Origin: Octopus vulgaris
Taxonomy: Eukaryota
Length of the DNA: 64,000 bases
NCBI GenBank assembly: GCA_951406725.2
Contig: OX597825.1
Location: forward strand, 29,512,001 to 29,576,000
Direction: 5' to 3'
The notes under the pieces: generated by a model
What the model was told of the DNA's origin: nothing
Databases searched by the model: none
What the model saw: the letters and a program-made list of their open reading frames with translations, nothing else
Position numbers and translations under genes: made by a program
Part shown: one piece after another, positions 52,995 to 64,000 of the stretch
How the letters are laid out: the number at the start of each line of letters is the position of its first letter
How positions within the stretch are numbered: the first letter of the stretch is position 1

Positions 52995-53335
52995 TCGCTA
53001 CATTCTGAGTTCAAATTCTGCCGAGGTCGACTTTGCCTTTCATCCTTTCGGGGTCAATTAAATAAGTACCAGTTATGCACTGGGGTCGATATAATCGACT
53101 TAATACGTTTGTCTGTCCTTGTTTGTCCTCTCTGTGTTTAGCCCCTTGTGGGTAGTAAAGAAATAGGTATTTCATCTACCGCTATGTTCTGAGTTCAAAT
53201 TCCGTCAAGGTCAACTTTGCATTTCATCCTTTTGGGGTCGATAAATTAACGACGTCTTGTGTACTAGGGTCGATCTAATCGACTGGCCCCCTCCCACAAA
53301 ATTTCGGGCCTTGTGCCTAGAATAGAAAAAGAAAA
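52995..53335 (+). mobile_element. SINE family B, 5'-truncated dimer
   Basis: ttctgagttcaaattctgccgaggtcgactttgcctttcatcctttcggggtc occurs twice; tail ccttgtgcctagaatagaaaa. Confidence 0.9.
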
Positions 53336-53610
53336 GAATCCATTTATCCATCCATCCATCCATCCCTCTGTCTTTTCTGCTTTCAGTTTCTGGTGGAGTT
53401 CATGGAGGCTGAGTCCTCAAGAACTTCTTCCATAGGGTCCTGTCTGAAGAAACCAGCATCAAATTTTCTGGATGGGTTTCCAAGCATGACAAGTAAAACA
53501 ATGAGTATTATATAACCATTTCATTCTTGGCCTGTCTGTAGGTTTGCTGCTGGTTGGCTTGGCTTGAAGAAACTATCTTGCAATTCTCTCTTCCAACGTT
53601 CTAATCCCAT

Positions 53611-54035
53611 ACTCTTTTACTTGTTTCAGTCATTTGACTGTGGCCATGTTGGAGCACCGCCTTTTAGTCGAGCAAATCGACCCCAGGACTTATTCTTTGT
53701 AAGCCTAGTACTTATTCTATCAGTCTCTTTTGCCAAACCGTTAGGTTACAGGGACATAAACACACCAGCATCGGTTGTCAAACGATGTTGGGGGGACAAA
53801 CACACAAATATATACGCACACATACATACATAAATACATACATATATATATATACACACACATGCATACATATATACGATGGGCTTTCATTTCTGTCTGC
53901 CAAATCCACTCACAAGGCTTTGCTTGACCTGAGGCTATAGTAGAAGACACTTGCCCAAGGTGCCACGCAGTGGCACTGAACCCAGAACCATTTGGTTCGT
54001 AAGCAAGCTACTTACCACACAGCCACTCCTACACC
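53611..54035 (-). mobile_element. SINE family A, full length
   Basis: Reverse complement of the 48445 copy. Confidence 0.9.
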
Positions 54036-55690
54036 TATTTTTGGGGTTCTTCTATTTTGGAACTGTGGTCCCTGAACGTGGAGTACCTGCTCAACATGGA
54101 GAGACTAGGTGAACTTTATCATGCCACCATTATAACAGATTGAAAACACCAAGACTAATGTACCTCCTCTAATTTGTAATTGGAAACTTGATCTTAATAA
54201 GGTTTAAGTACCGTGCTGCTGTTTGCAGCAATTTACCTTTCACAAAGAAACAAATTGTTTGTCTAATTAAATGTAATTAAAGGTAACTCTAATGTTATAC
54301 ATGCACTTAAAAGAAATGGGCAATTTCTAAATATTTTATCGTTGTGCAAGTATGAAGCCATAAATAATTTCAAAATTGGTCAAAAAAATTCTAAAGAGGT
54401 GATAAATAATTTATTATTAGAAAACATTTATTCATAAACCATCTCAACAAAACAACCATCCTACTGTCTACAGTGCTATTGATGATCAAACTGTTTTCAA
54501 AAGACTTTTATCACTAAGCTATAAGTTTAATAATGTACAGTGTTCCCTATGTTTTTGTTCATTATGTGTAATTATGGGATTTTTTTTGTGTGTAAATTTC
54601 TATGTATGTATTTTTCATGACTAGAATAACTTCAAAGGAGACCAGAATAAGCATTAATAGATATATAAATTTTGTGTGTTCCATAAGTGTCAATGGGGAG
54701 GGGACAAAAACAAAAACAACAATAAAAAAGAAAGAAAGGAAAGAAGCAAGTTACTGAATTTGCAATAGAAATATTCTTGTCAGGTCATTGTTCCTTGTGT
54801 AGTTCTTGTGAATGTGTTGCCATAGAGCAGTACTTTGACTTCTGGCACATCTTCATTTGACATCAGTAGGCATCTACAACTTGTAGCAGAACATAACATA
54901 GGAGAATGCAAGTCATATTATGAAAATAACTTCATTATTTCCTCTGAATATTTATTGAGAAACACTAACTGTGATGAAATTACGTTTGATCTTTTTCTCC
55001 TGATATTTTTGTTTGTTCCTTATTCTCATTCTTTCTCTTTTACTATGTTTTCTTTTGTTTTTTTTTTTGTTTTTTTTTTCTTGTGTGTTTTTGCTGGCAT
55101 TTGATTGTCCAACAACACATAAGATGGAAAAGAGGAGAAAAATACATTCTTCATCAGAATTTAATAATTGCACAGAAAGGAAACTGATCTTACATTAAAT
55201 CAATAACTTAATTATATTGCAATTTAATCATATCAATGCATTATCAAGATAAGACTTATTCTCAGAAAATAAATAAATAAATAAATGAATAAATAACAAA
55301 TAAAAAAAAATGAGAAAGAATTGAATTAAAACATATATAAGCCAAATAGACATTGCATTAACTTCATACACAAAAGAATAGAAAACAAAAACATTAAAAA
55401 AATGGAATGGAAGAAAGCAAAATAAAAGAGTGACTATTTGATCTTATGAAGATTATATGTTTACTTACTTAGATCGCTAATAGCGTCTATTTAAGAGACA
55501 AAACAAATCTCTTGATGACCATTCTATGGTGAAACCACCAGACCATGGTAACTGTATTTACAGATATATCAGAGAATAGTAACTCAAATTGAATACTTTT
55601 GTGTAGTTTCTCCTCTTCATTTTATACACACATACATACACACATACATAATACATACATACATATATACCATATATACATACGTAATAC

Positions 55691-55793
<103 letters not shown>

Positions 55794-55927
55794 TGCTTAT
55801 ATATTATTTGTAACTGACAGTACTCTATAAAAATTATTTCCTGGCAATAAAATTTACAGACAGCTTTAATATATTTTAAGAAATGATATATCTCTATATA
55901 CATAAAATATGCTTCTGTTATCAGTAT

Positions 55928-55965
55928 AGTTGTTGTTGTTGCTATTATTATTATTACTATTATTA

Positions 55966-56038
<73 letters not shown>

Positions 56039-56080
56039 TACTATTATTATTATTACTATAGTTGTCATTGTTGTTGTTGT
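55928..56080. repeat. (ATT)n microsatellite
   Basis: Directly visible. Confidence 0.95.
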
Positions 56081-58629
56081 TAATATATTTTTAATCTCAT
56101 TTTTGAGATTTTGTGTCATTCACATAAAAAGAACAAAAAGAAAAAAAAACGAAGAAAAAATATTTATATATTTTCTCTAAGTTGTTCTGTAGGCAATTTC
56201 AGTTGAATTTAACTGATTGAAATCTTGAAATCAAATGTATTTGGGGGAAAAAATGATTGAATAGCTTTGTAAATACATATATTGCTTTACTTTGTAATAA
56301 AAGCATTTGCGTATGACCATGGTCAGAACGTATATGTATGTAAGTATGTACACATACATGTACACATGCATACAAGCAAACATGTATATATATATTTTTA
56401 CATATGCACACATGTAAGCTTACAGACACATGTAGATATGAAATTTTTTAGTTGGCAGAAATGTTACAAAGTTACTCAAATGGCCAAAAGTTTCATGTAT
56501 AGCAATTATTATCAGACTGACTTAGAAGTCAAGATTTTGTTTCTTCCGTTGCGGGACTTATAATTTTCTCTGAAATGTTCACTAAAATGGTACTAGAGAA
56601 TAATGAGATAATCAGAAAAAAAAACTGAAATTTGCTCGTTAAACACAGACTGGGGTGAAAGTGAATGAAATGCAGAGATAGAAATTAAAAAAAATCATGT
56701 ATGTAGAATTTGAGTTTTTTATTTGTGTTATCTGCATGTGTGTGTGTGAATAGTAGTCTTCAGAATATAAGACTGAAATTGTAGTTTATAAAGGCCAAAG
56801 CTGTGGTTGTTGGTTGCTACATGGGTGTGCGTATGTATACATAGAATGCGTCTGGATTCAGTAGATCTTTTTCCCCTCCTCCTCCTCATCATCATCATCG
56901 TTTTATGCCTGTTTTTCATACTTATAGAGGCAGATTTTCTATAACCCAAACGAGGCTCTTCCTCTCATCATCATTCACATACAGACACACACACATACAT
57001 ATATATTTTTTATTGAAAGACAAAAGAAAAGAGAATTATGTATATAGAGTTGAAGAGAAGCAATATCGATGTTTAAGTGTCAATGGAAATAAAGCAAGGT
57101 GAAAAGCAAGTTAGAGCATAAGAATAACAAAGTGTTAAAAAACGGTTTTACAAATACACAGCAAGGAATTGCAAGGGAAACAAAGAAATTCAAAGTCCAA
57201 GAGAAACTGCCTGACTTCTAGCTGCTGTAAAATGCAACAATAATCAGAAGTCAATGCTTTGAGGTGAATTTGGGAGAAGAGCTGCAAAATAACATGCAAC
57301 ACAAAAAAAAGGGGAAGAAAAGTTGAGGAATAAAAGAATAACTAAAAGAAAACCAAATGAAATGCAAAGAGAAAATGGAGCAAGGGTTGGAGCAGAAAGA
57401 TTAAGATTGAACTGAAAGAAAAGCAAAATAGATGTTGTCATTTTTTATGGTTACTATAATATATATTTGATTTCTGCTTTATCCTTTAAACATAAGTTAG
57501 CTGGGTTATTTTTACAGTTTTATATAATGCATATTGTTTAAATAATTTACATTTTTGCTGCTAGCTGGCTCTCCTGTTTACACTACAGATAATTTACGTG
57601 GTAAGTGAGAGAGGAATGGCTTTGCTAGCCACACAATCTGATTAATGTGTCTCGTTCTTGACTATGCACTACTATTATCGAAGCTAATTACAAATAGATA
57701 TCATTACTAATAATATGTTACTAAAATACGATGATTACTTTATTTTTGAATTATTCACTAACACGGAACTAACGGTGTATAATCTTACTGGCATCACAGC
57801 CAAGTATGGATTTCTTTAACACTAAAATTAGGAAAAGCTACAAAAATGACAATTATAAATTATGAAATATATTGCTGAAATTGAGATTTATTCAATTTTA
57901 AATAGTAAACAGTAAATACCATAGTATATTGAAAATATATAAAGCTAATTGCTGTATAGTTTGAATGAATTTATAGGAAAATCAATGATTATCACGTAGG
58001 TTTTGATAAAAGCATTCTATAAATTTGTAATTTTGCAATATCAGAACATAGTTAAAATTGATAAATGAGCAATTAGATGACATGTTTTTAAAAGAGTCTG
58101 TTAAACTTCATTTGAGATATTAGCATTCTAGCAAGTAAATTGGTTAACTTGTTTCGGCATTCCGCCACATTGGCACCGCAATGTTCACTTTGTGCCAAAC
58201 GGTGTCATTTTACTTTAATCGAGTCATTTTCAGCAAACAACTTATCTAAAGGTGGATTGGTCCTCACTTCTTTAACTATTTAGGCAAATTCTGCCAAATA
58301 TCAGCTTCATTTTCTCTTCTTATTCTACTAAAAGACAAAATATTTTATGATTTCATCTCAAATTTAAATTACAAGTAATTTATATTGATACTATCTATGC
58401 TTCCAGCAAAATTAGATTCTCTGAAGATTTGAAAATAACACTTTAAATAAACAACTTATATCACTTGTCAGATTCTGTGAACATGTTGTTTGTTTATGAA
58501 GGGTGTTTGGGCTAAATTTCACAGTTTTCATAAAAGGTAAAAAAAACACCATATCTCATCCAAAGTTAAAGTATTTTTTAAAAAATAAAAAAAAATATCA
58601 ACTAAATTAGGGCTGGGAAATAACAGTTT

Positions 58630-58900
58630 TTTTCAATGTAGCAGCCTTCAGTCTCCATTATGACCTTAAGATGGCCTCTGGAACCTGGTGTGTGCATTTC
58701 TCATTGTGCCCCTGAGAAGATATTCAAACACCTTCTTGATCTTGGCCAACAGATCAGCCTTGGAGTTGTAGGCAGTTCGTGTCTTTCTCAACTGTGGACC
58801 ACCCGTGGTAATCCATGAAATTAAAATTGAGGGAATTAAGAGGCTAGGATTTAGGGCTGGGGAATCATAGAAATTCTCTGACAACCACTTCTGACTCTTT
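58630..58900 (-). pseudogene. Tc1/maT-like transposase C-terminal fragment
   Basis: SQKWLSENFYD-SPALNP (SPDLNP motif) ... SKADLLAKIKKVF..TMRNAHTRF, then frameshifted HLKVIMETEGCYIE. Confidence 0.7.
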
Positions 58901-60699
58901 CCTGCAGCTAGGAATTTCCAGCAGTAATCCTCTCCAGCCAGAAAGACTTGTATTTAAAAAAATCTTCTGAATAATTCCTCGTTCATAACTTATTACTACT
59001 GTCATATGAGTGTAGTCGTCATGAACTTAAAAACTTCAAAATTCTAGTGTCATGCATTTGGTTTGGAGTTATTGTAGCAACCTTGGCCCTGGTATCACCC
59101 ATTAAGTTATGAAAGACCAGCTGAGGGAAATTTTGCATGGTCAATTGATCAGCTGTCAAATAGCCTTCAAATCTTCGTCTTCTCACACTTTACTGTATTA
59201 ATTAATAAACGTGATAAGTTAAAAATCTGAGGAGAATAAGCTTGTAAGAACAAAACTATAATGTGGGCCTGTGGATGATCTGTAGCTAAACAACAATATA
59301 TTGTGTGGTGTTTATTTACACAAATGGCTGGTATCCTTTAAATTTGAATGAGAAATCTTTTGTCACTTCATCGGCTTTCAGATTCCATTGTTTTCACCAA
59401 AGAAAACTGTAATCAATTTTAAGTACAAATAATATTAACAAGCATCGACCTTTTAAGCTATTTACCTCTTCTAGTTCTATAAACTTCTTCCTGAAGCATG
59501 AGGCAATATATTTTAATCCTTCTAATCTTATTTAGAAATGAAACATTTCTTTTATTTATTTATATTTTGTGTATTTTCATTAAATCAAAAAGTGTTTTTG
59601 TTTTTGTGTGTGTGCTTGTGTGTGTGTATGTGTGTGTGCAATTTATCTTTTTTGGTTTTAAAAAGTTATTGATATTTTCATTTTCTTTAAGGTTGCAACG
59701 AGGACGGTGTGTTAAATTATTTTCAAATTAGTTTTTTAAAATATATTGAGAAAAATCAAATAAATATGAAACCAGTTTCATGAACAAGAAAATCTTTTAA
59801 TTTTCTTCTGAGAGGTTTCCTGGTTGGAGAAGAGAAAAAAACTTTGTATAGAATTCAGATGCAGAAATTTTTATGTACAAACCAAGTGTTCATAAATATA
59901 AATGGTTAATTGAGAATATATGCACCCATGCACATACACGCACAAACACACACACACACACACACATGCGCACACACACACACACACATACATACACAGT
60001 CACACAAATACACATGCATGTATGGATGCATACACATGCACACACATAACACATAACACACAACAGTCAAACACATGCATACATGCACACCATGTGCATA
60101 CACAAATGCACATTTATCCCCGCAACCTCTCTCCTTCTCATTCTCCCTCTCTCACACACACTTGATCATATGGTGATTTTCATGTTTTCATTTTTGAATT
60201 ACAAGCACCCTTTTTTTATATATAGTTATAGCTGACAATGTTGAGACGTTAAAATAATAGCAAATTCGTTGATAAAGCCTAATACAATAGGTTCTTTCAT
60301 TTCTAGGTGTGACATTATTGCTTTCAATTTCTTTTTATTGCCTCATTAACCCTTCTTCACTAAAAGAATATTTGCTGGATTTCTCGCTATTCACTTCAGC
60401 AAAGATGTTAAAAATCAGGTTGGCAGGGTATCTTTTTCAGATTCTGTGAGCATGTTGTTTGCTTATGCAGGGTGTTTAGGCTAAATTTCTTCTTTTGGTA
60501 ACCAATGGTCAACATACTGCCACTAGTCTTTTGTTTCTTTTGACATTATGCATTAAATTGGAAAAAGAAAATAAAATAATCTTTGACCTGGCTGTGTAGG
60601 TAAGAAGTTTGCTTTCCAACCACATGCTTCAAGGTTCATTCCCAGCCTTTGACACCTTGGCGACTCTGTTGTGCCCTCTTAGGTCATGGAGATGAAGCG

Positions 60700-61390
60700 C
60701 TCTTCCATTGTGATGACTGCTGTTTCATCTTAAGGTCATATGTGATCTAGCCCTCATCACTGGTCATGATCCTTGATATTAAGGATGTGTCATCAGTGAC
60801 ATGTTGACAGAGATCTTGACAGACTGACATGATGTTCTTTCTGCTCTGTGGTCAGCAGGCAGGGGACAAACTTGGCAGAGACACAACCCATATTCAGTTC
60901 AGACATTAGGATTGCCTTTACAAACCCATACGACAGGCCAACAACATAAGCAATATCATAGATTGTCCTCCAACGATCCTCGTGCACAACCTGAGGAATT
61001 TTCTCTACATTTCCAGGGGTGATGGTCATGGTAGGTCTTCCAGATTGTTTATCATCTTCCAGGAATGTTCTTCCACTTTCGAAGAGGTCCTGCCACTTGA
61101 AGCATTGTGTACGACCCATTGCATTGTCGCCGTAAGCTTGCTGATGGATGCTCAATATCAGAATGGCTCTTTGTTCCAACTTCTTGTCTGTGACAAAATC
61201 ACAGGCCACAGCATACACATGATCACAAAAATGCAAATTTCACAACTTCTGAAGTAAATACAGTGATGTCACATGGCACACTGCCTCATAGAGATCACTG
61301 CTAGCTCTCACTGCTCATGCAACTGTGTACTACCGTCTGTTGGCTGGTGCCCAACAGAACTAATCTGGGAACTTTTTGGTATCCCTTTGT
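60700..61390 (-). mobile_element. Mariner transposon 5' fragment with transposase HTH region
   Basis: ORF 60793-61236: QQAYGDNAMGRTQCFKW..FESGRTFLEDDKQSGRP..VHEDRWRTIYDIA..VGLSYG..ILMSELNM..VSAKFVPCLLTTEQK. TIR-like end tacaaagggataccaaaaagttccc (minus strand) at ~61367-61391. Confidence 0.9.
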
Positions 61391-62689
61391 ATGTATTTGT
61401 TAGTACCTCCTTGTCTTGATCTTGTCTGATATTGTAAACAAGTATTACTGTTATACAAGCAGGGTCGTTCATTTCTAGTCTTCCATGGAAATATGTATTG
61501 ATTTGTTCTACTGAGCCTTTGAAGGCAGTGTCCTTGCATGACCACAATCCAATGACTGAAACAGAAAAAAAAAAATGAGATATAATAAACCTATATTCAC
61601 TTTCTCTCAAAATATGCTGCAAAATGGAAATTTCTGTATTTATAGATCATAGGATAAAAGTATTTCTATTAATACAATGGCTGTTTGTTGGTTGATGTGG
61701 CTGTCATGTATTATTATATTTCCATACTATGTATCAATGGATTAAAAAATTTCTATTAATACAATGGTTGGTTGTTGGTTGGTTTTGGTTCTCATGTATT
61801 TGTTGGTTGTCAGTGAATTTAAATAGTTTTGTTTTGTATTTTTTATTTGAAGAAACATTAGCTCTTTAGCATAGTTTACAGTAAGGTGTCACATTCTCTA
61901 ATTACATGGTTTAGTTAGTCATTCCAGAAGTCTTTTGCTTTTATTACCATTAATACTAGCTGCATGATGATGATGACAAGTTAAATTTACAAACTACCCA
62001 TAAAATACTTAACAACTGATTCAAAGATACTAACAAGAGAAAGAAAAGAAAAATTAAATTTACATAATTTTTTTTTCTATATATATTTTATTGTATTTCA
62101 CTTATTTGAAATAATGGTTTCGCTGAAGTAATAAAATTCCTTTTTTATACCAATTGAAGACAGTTTAATTATAAGTCTTATTAATTTCAAAAATGTAAAA
62201 TGTTTATCTTTTATATTATTCTCTTTTCTTTTCATTTTATATTAGATTCTATTGTATTTTATTTGAAAGCTTCCGATTTTATTGCGTGGAAACTATTCTA
62301 AACAGTATTATTATTGTACGTAAAAGTAAATGTCGTCTAATGTTTCATAGAAGTCTCCAAAGAGTCAGCGCTTAGCTGTAGCTTCAAAGCACGTAACAGA
62401 CAAGAATACATTACTTTCACTCTCTGGCATTGAACCCTCTCTCTTACTGCCTATGTTCGTTCTCAGACATTCTGGTACCTATGATTTGATGTAGTTGGGT
62501 GAACTGAGATTATGTAGAATACCATGAATTGCTTAGAAACATGATTAAATACAAGCAGTGACTAAAAAACATAAGACCAATAGCACATACTCCAGTAGTT
62601 TATTCACACACACATATATATATATATACAAGGCTGTGTGGTTAATAAATTCACTTTCCAAGAATAATTCTTCCTAGAATAGGCACAAG

Positions 62690-63740
62690 ACCTAACAGTT
62701 TGTGCAGAGAGAAATATTCGATTATATCAGCCCCTGTGCTCAATTGATACTTATCTTATTGACCCCAAAAGATAAAAGGCAAAGTTGACCTTGGTGGAAT
62801 CTGAACTCAGAACATAAAGGCAGACAAAATGATTTTGGCATGCTGCTGATTCTGCCAGCTTGCAACTTTTCCAAGGATAATAGTCATACTCTTCTAATCT
62901 TGTTTTCAGTACTAATACTAAGAATGAAAGCAGACATCACCTATAAAATAAATTTGACAGTAATTGCTGAAATTGGCACAAGGCTTCAAAAAGGACAAAT
63001 GGTAAATTTGACCTTGGGTCATTTTCTGAACCCTAAGCCAAATCAAGTATGGTAGGGCATTTTTTCGTATAACAATCCTGCTAATCATCTGCATTAAATC
63101 TATTTAACAACAATTGCTTCTAAAAAATACAATGCCAGATATTTGGAATGGTAAGTTTAGAAATTGAATCAACCCCAATGCTTGAATGGTACTTTATTTT
63201 ATTGGCAATGGAAGGATGAAAGATAAGGTTGGCTTTGGTTGGATTTCAACTCATAAGGTAAAAAACTAAATCAAATACCACAAGGCATTTTTTTTCATGC
63301 TATATCTTTGGATGGAAGAGTTAGTTAGTTAAACCAATCTCAGTACTTGGCTGATACTTTATTCGGTTGACCCAGGAGGATGAAAGGTAATGTTAGCCTC
63401 ACTTTGATTTGAACTCAGAACATAAAGAACCAAATGAAATACTGCAAGGCATTTTTTCTGATGCCATAATGATCCTACCAGTCCTCTGCCTTAAATCTCT
63501 TTTATAATAAATGTTTAATTATTTCTTACATAATCACAAATCCAGACATTTGAAGAGATGAATTAGTTGATAAAATCAACCTTAATATTCAGTCTGTACT
63601 TGATTTGTATTGACTCTAGAAATATGAAAAGCAGAGATGAACCCAGTGAGATTTTGAAAGCATATTCAGCTAGAACAAACACCATATGACATTTTGTCCA
63701 CCAGCCTAACGATTTTGCCAATCCATCACCTTGATCTGCC
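62690..63740 (-). mobile_element. Cluster of about four old, co-oriented SINE family B relics
   Basis: Recurring units gatacttt..ttgaccc..ggatgaaag..aaagttgacct..gaactcagaacataaag..ggcattt..ccag.t...cctt at ~62690, 63130, 63310 and 63540. Confidence 0.65.
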
Positions 63741-64000
63741 TTTTTGTTAATGGATATATTCTAGTTCTTTTCAAATGATTGCATTTAAACTGCTCCTAAG
63801 TGTTTATGATAATACTGAAATCAAGTCAGATTATTCCTTTATGTTCCTCTGTCCATTATTGTATATAGAATAGGAATTAACTGCCCTTTCTTTCAATGTT
63901 TAAAGGCTGATATTTATTAACAGAACTCTCGTTGTTCATATTGGCAGTTAGACAGCCCAGCAAATAGATTAGATCAAATATGGTATATAAACATTTAAGG

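Noticed and set aside
61662-61800. Small local duplications (also 12626-12675, 38177-38227, and 58464-58520 vs 60437-60489)
   Set aside because: Ordinary slippage duplications or old repeat fragments with no further structure.

Overview
AT-rich, microsatellite-saturated eukaryotic DNA with no recognisable multi-exon host gene. The SINE and repeat repertoire looks like a cephalopod (Octopus-type) genome, which is an inference; the window is probably intergenic or part of a giant intron. Nearly all ORF-track entries are microsatellite translations or antisense shadows. The centrepiece is a young 5.2-kb palindrome (30093-35317) made of two near-identical, head-to-head, 5'-truncated Penelope-like retroelement (PLE) copies, each with an open RT + GIY-YIG ORF. 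The spacer between them carries an intact ~250-codon helical, Trp-rich ORF that I cannot assign to a known family. Each arm ends in a minimal type I hammerhead ribozyme (HHR). Six more short elements, mostly embedded in (TA)n, carry hammerhead motifs found by eye, including G3-C8 and U3-A8 compensatory core variants. Two miniature head-to-head palindromes repeat the geometry of the large element. The window also holds Tc1/mariner relics, two tRNA-type SINE families, RTE-type LINE ends, a (TAA)n-embedded restriction-like-endonuclease (R4/Dong-like) fragment, and two speculative splicing signals. All structures were folded by eye and no searches were run.
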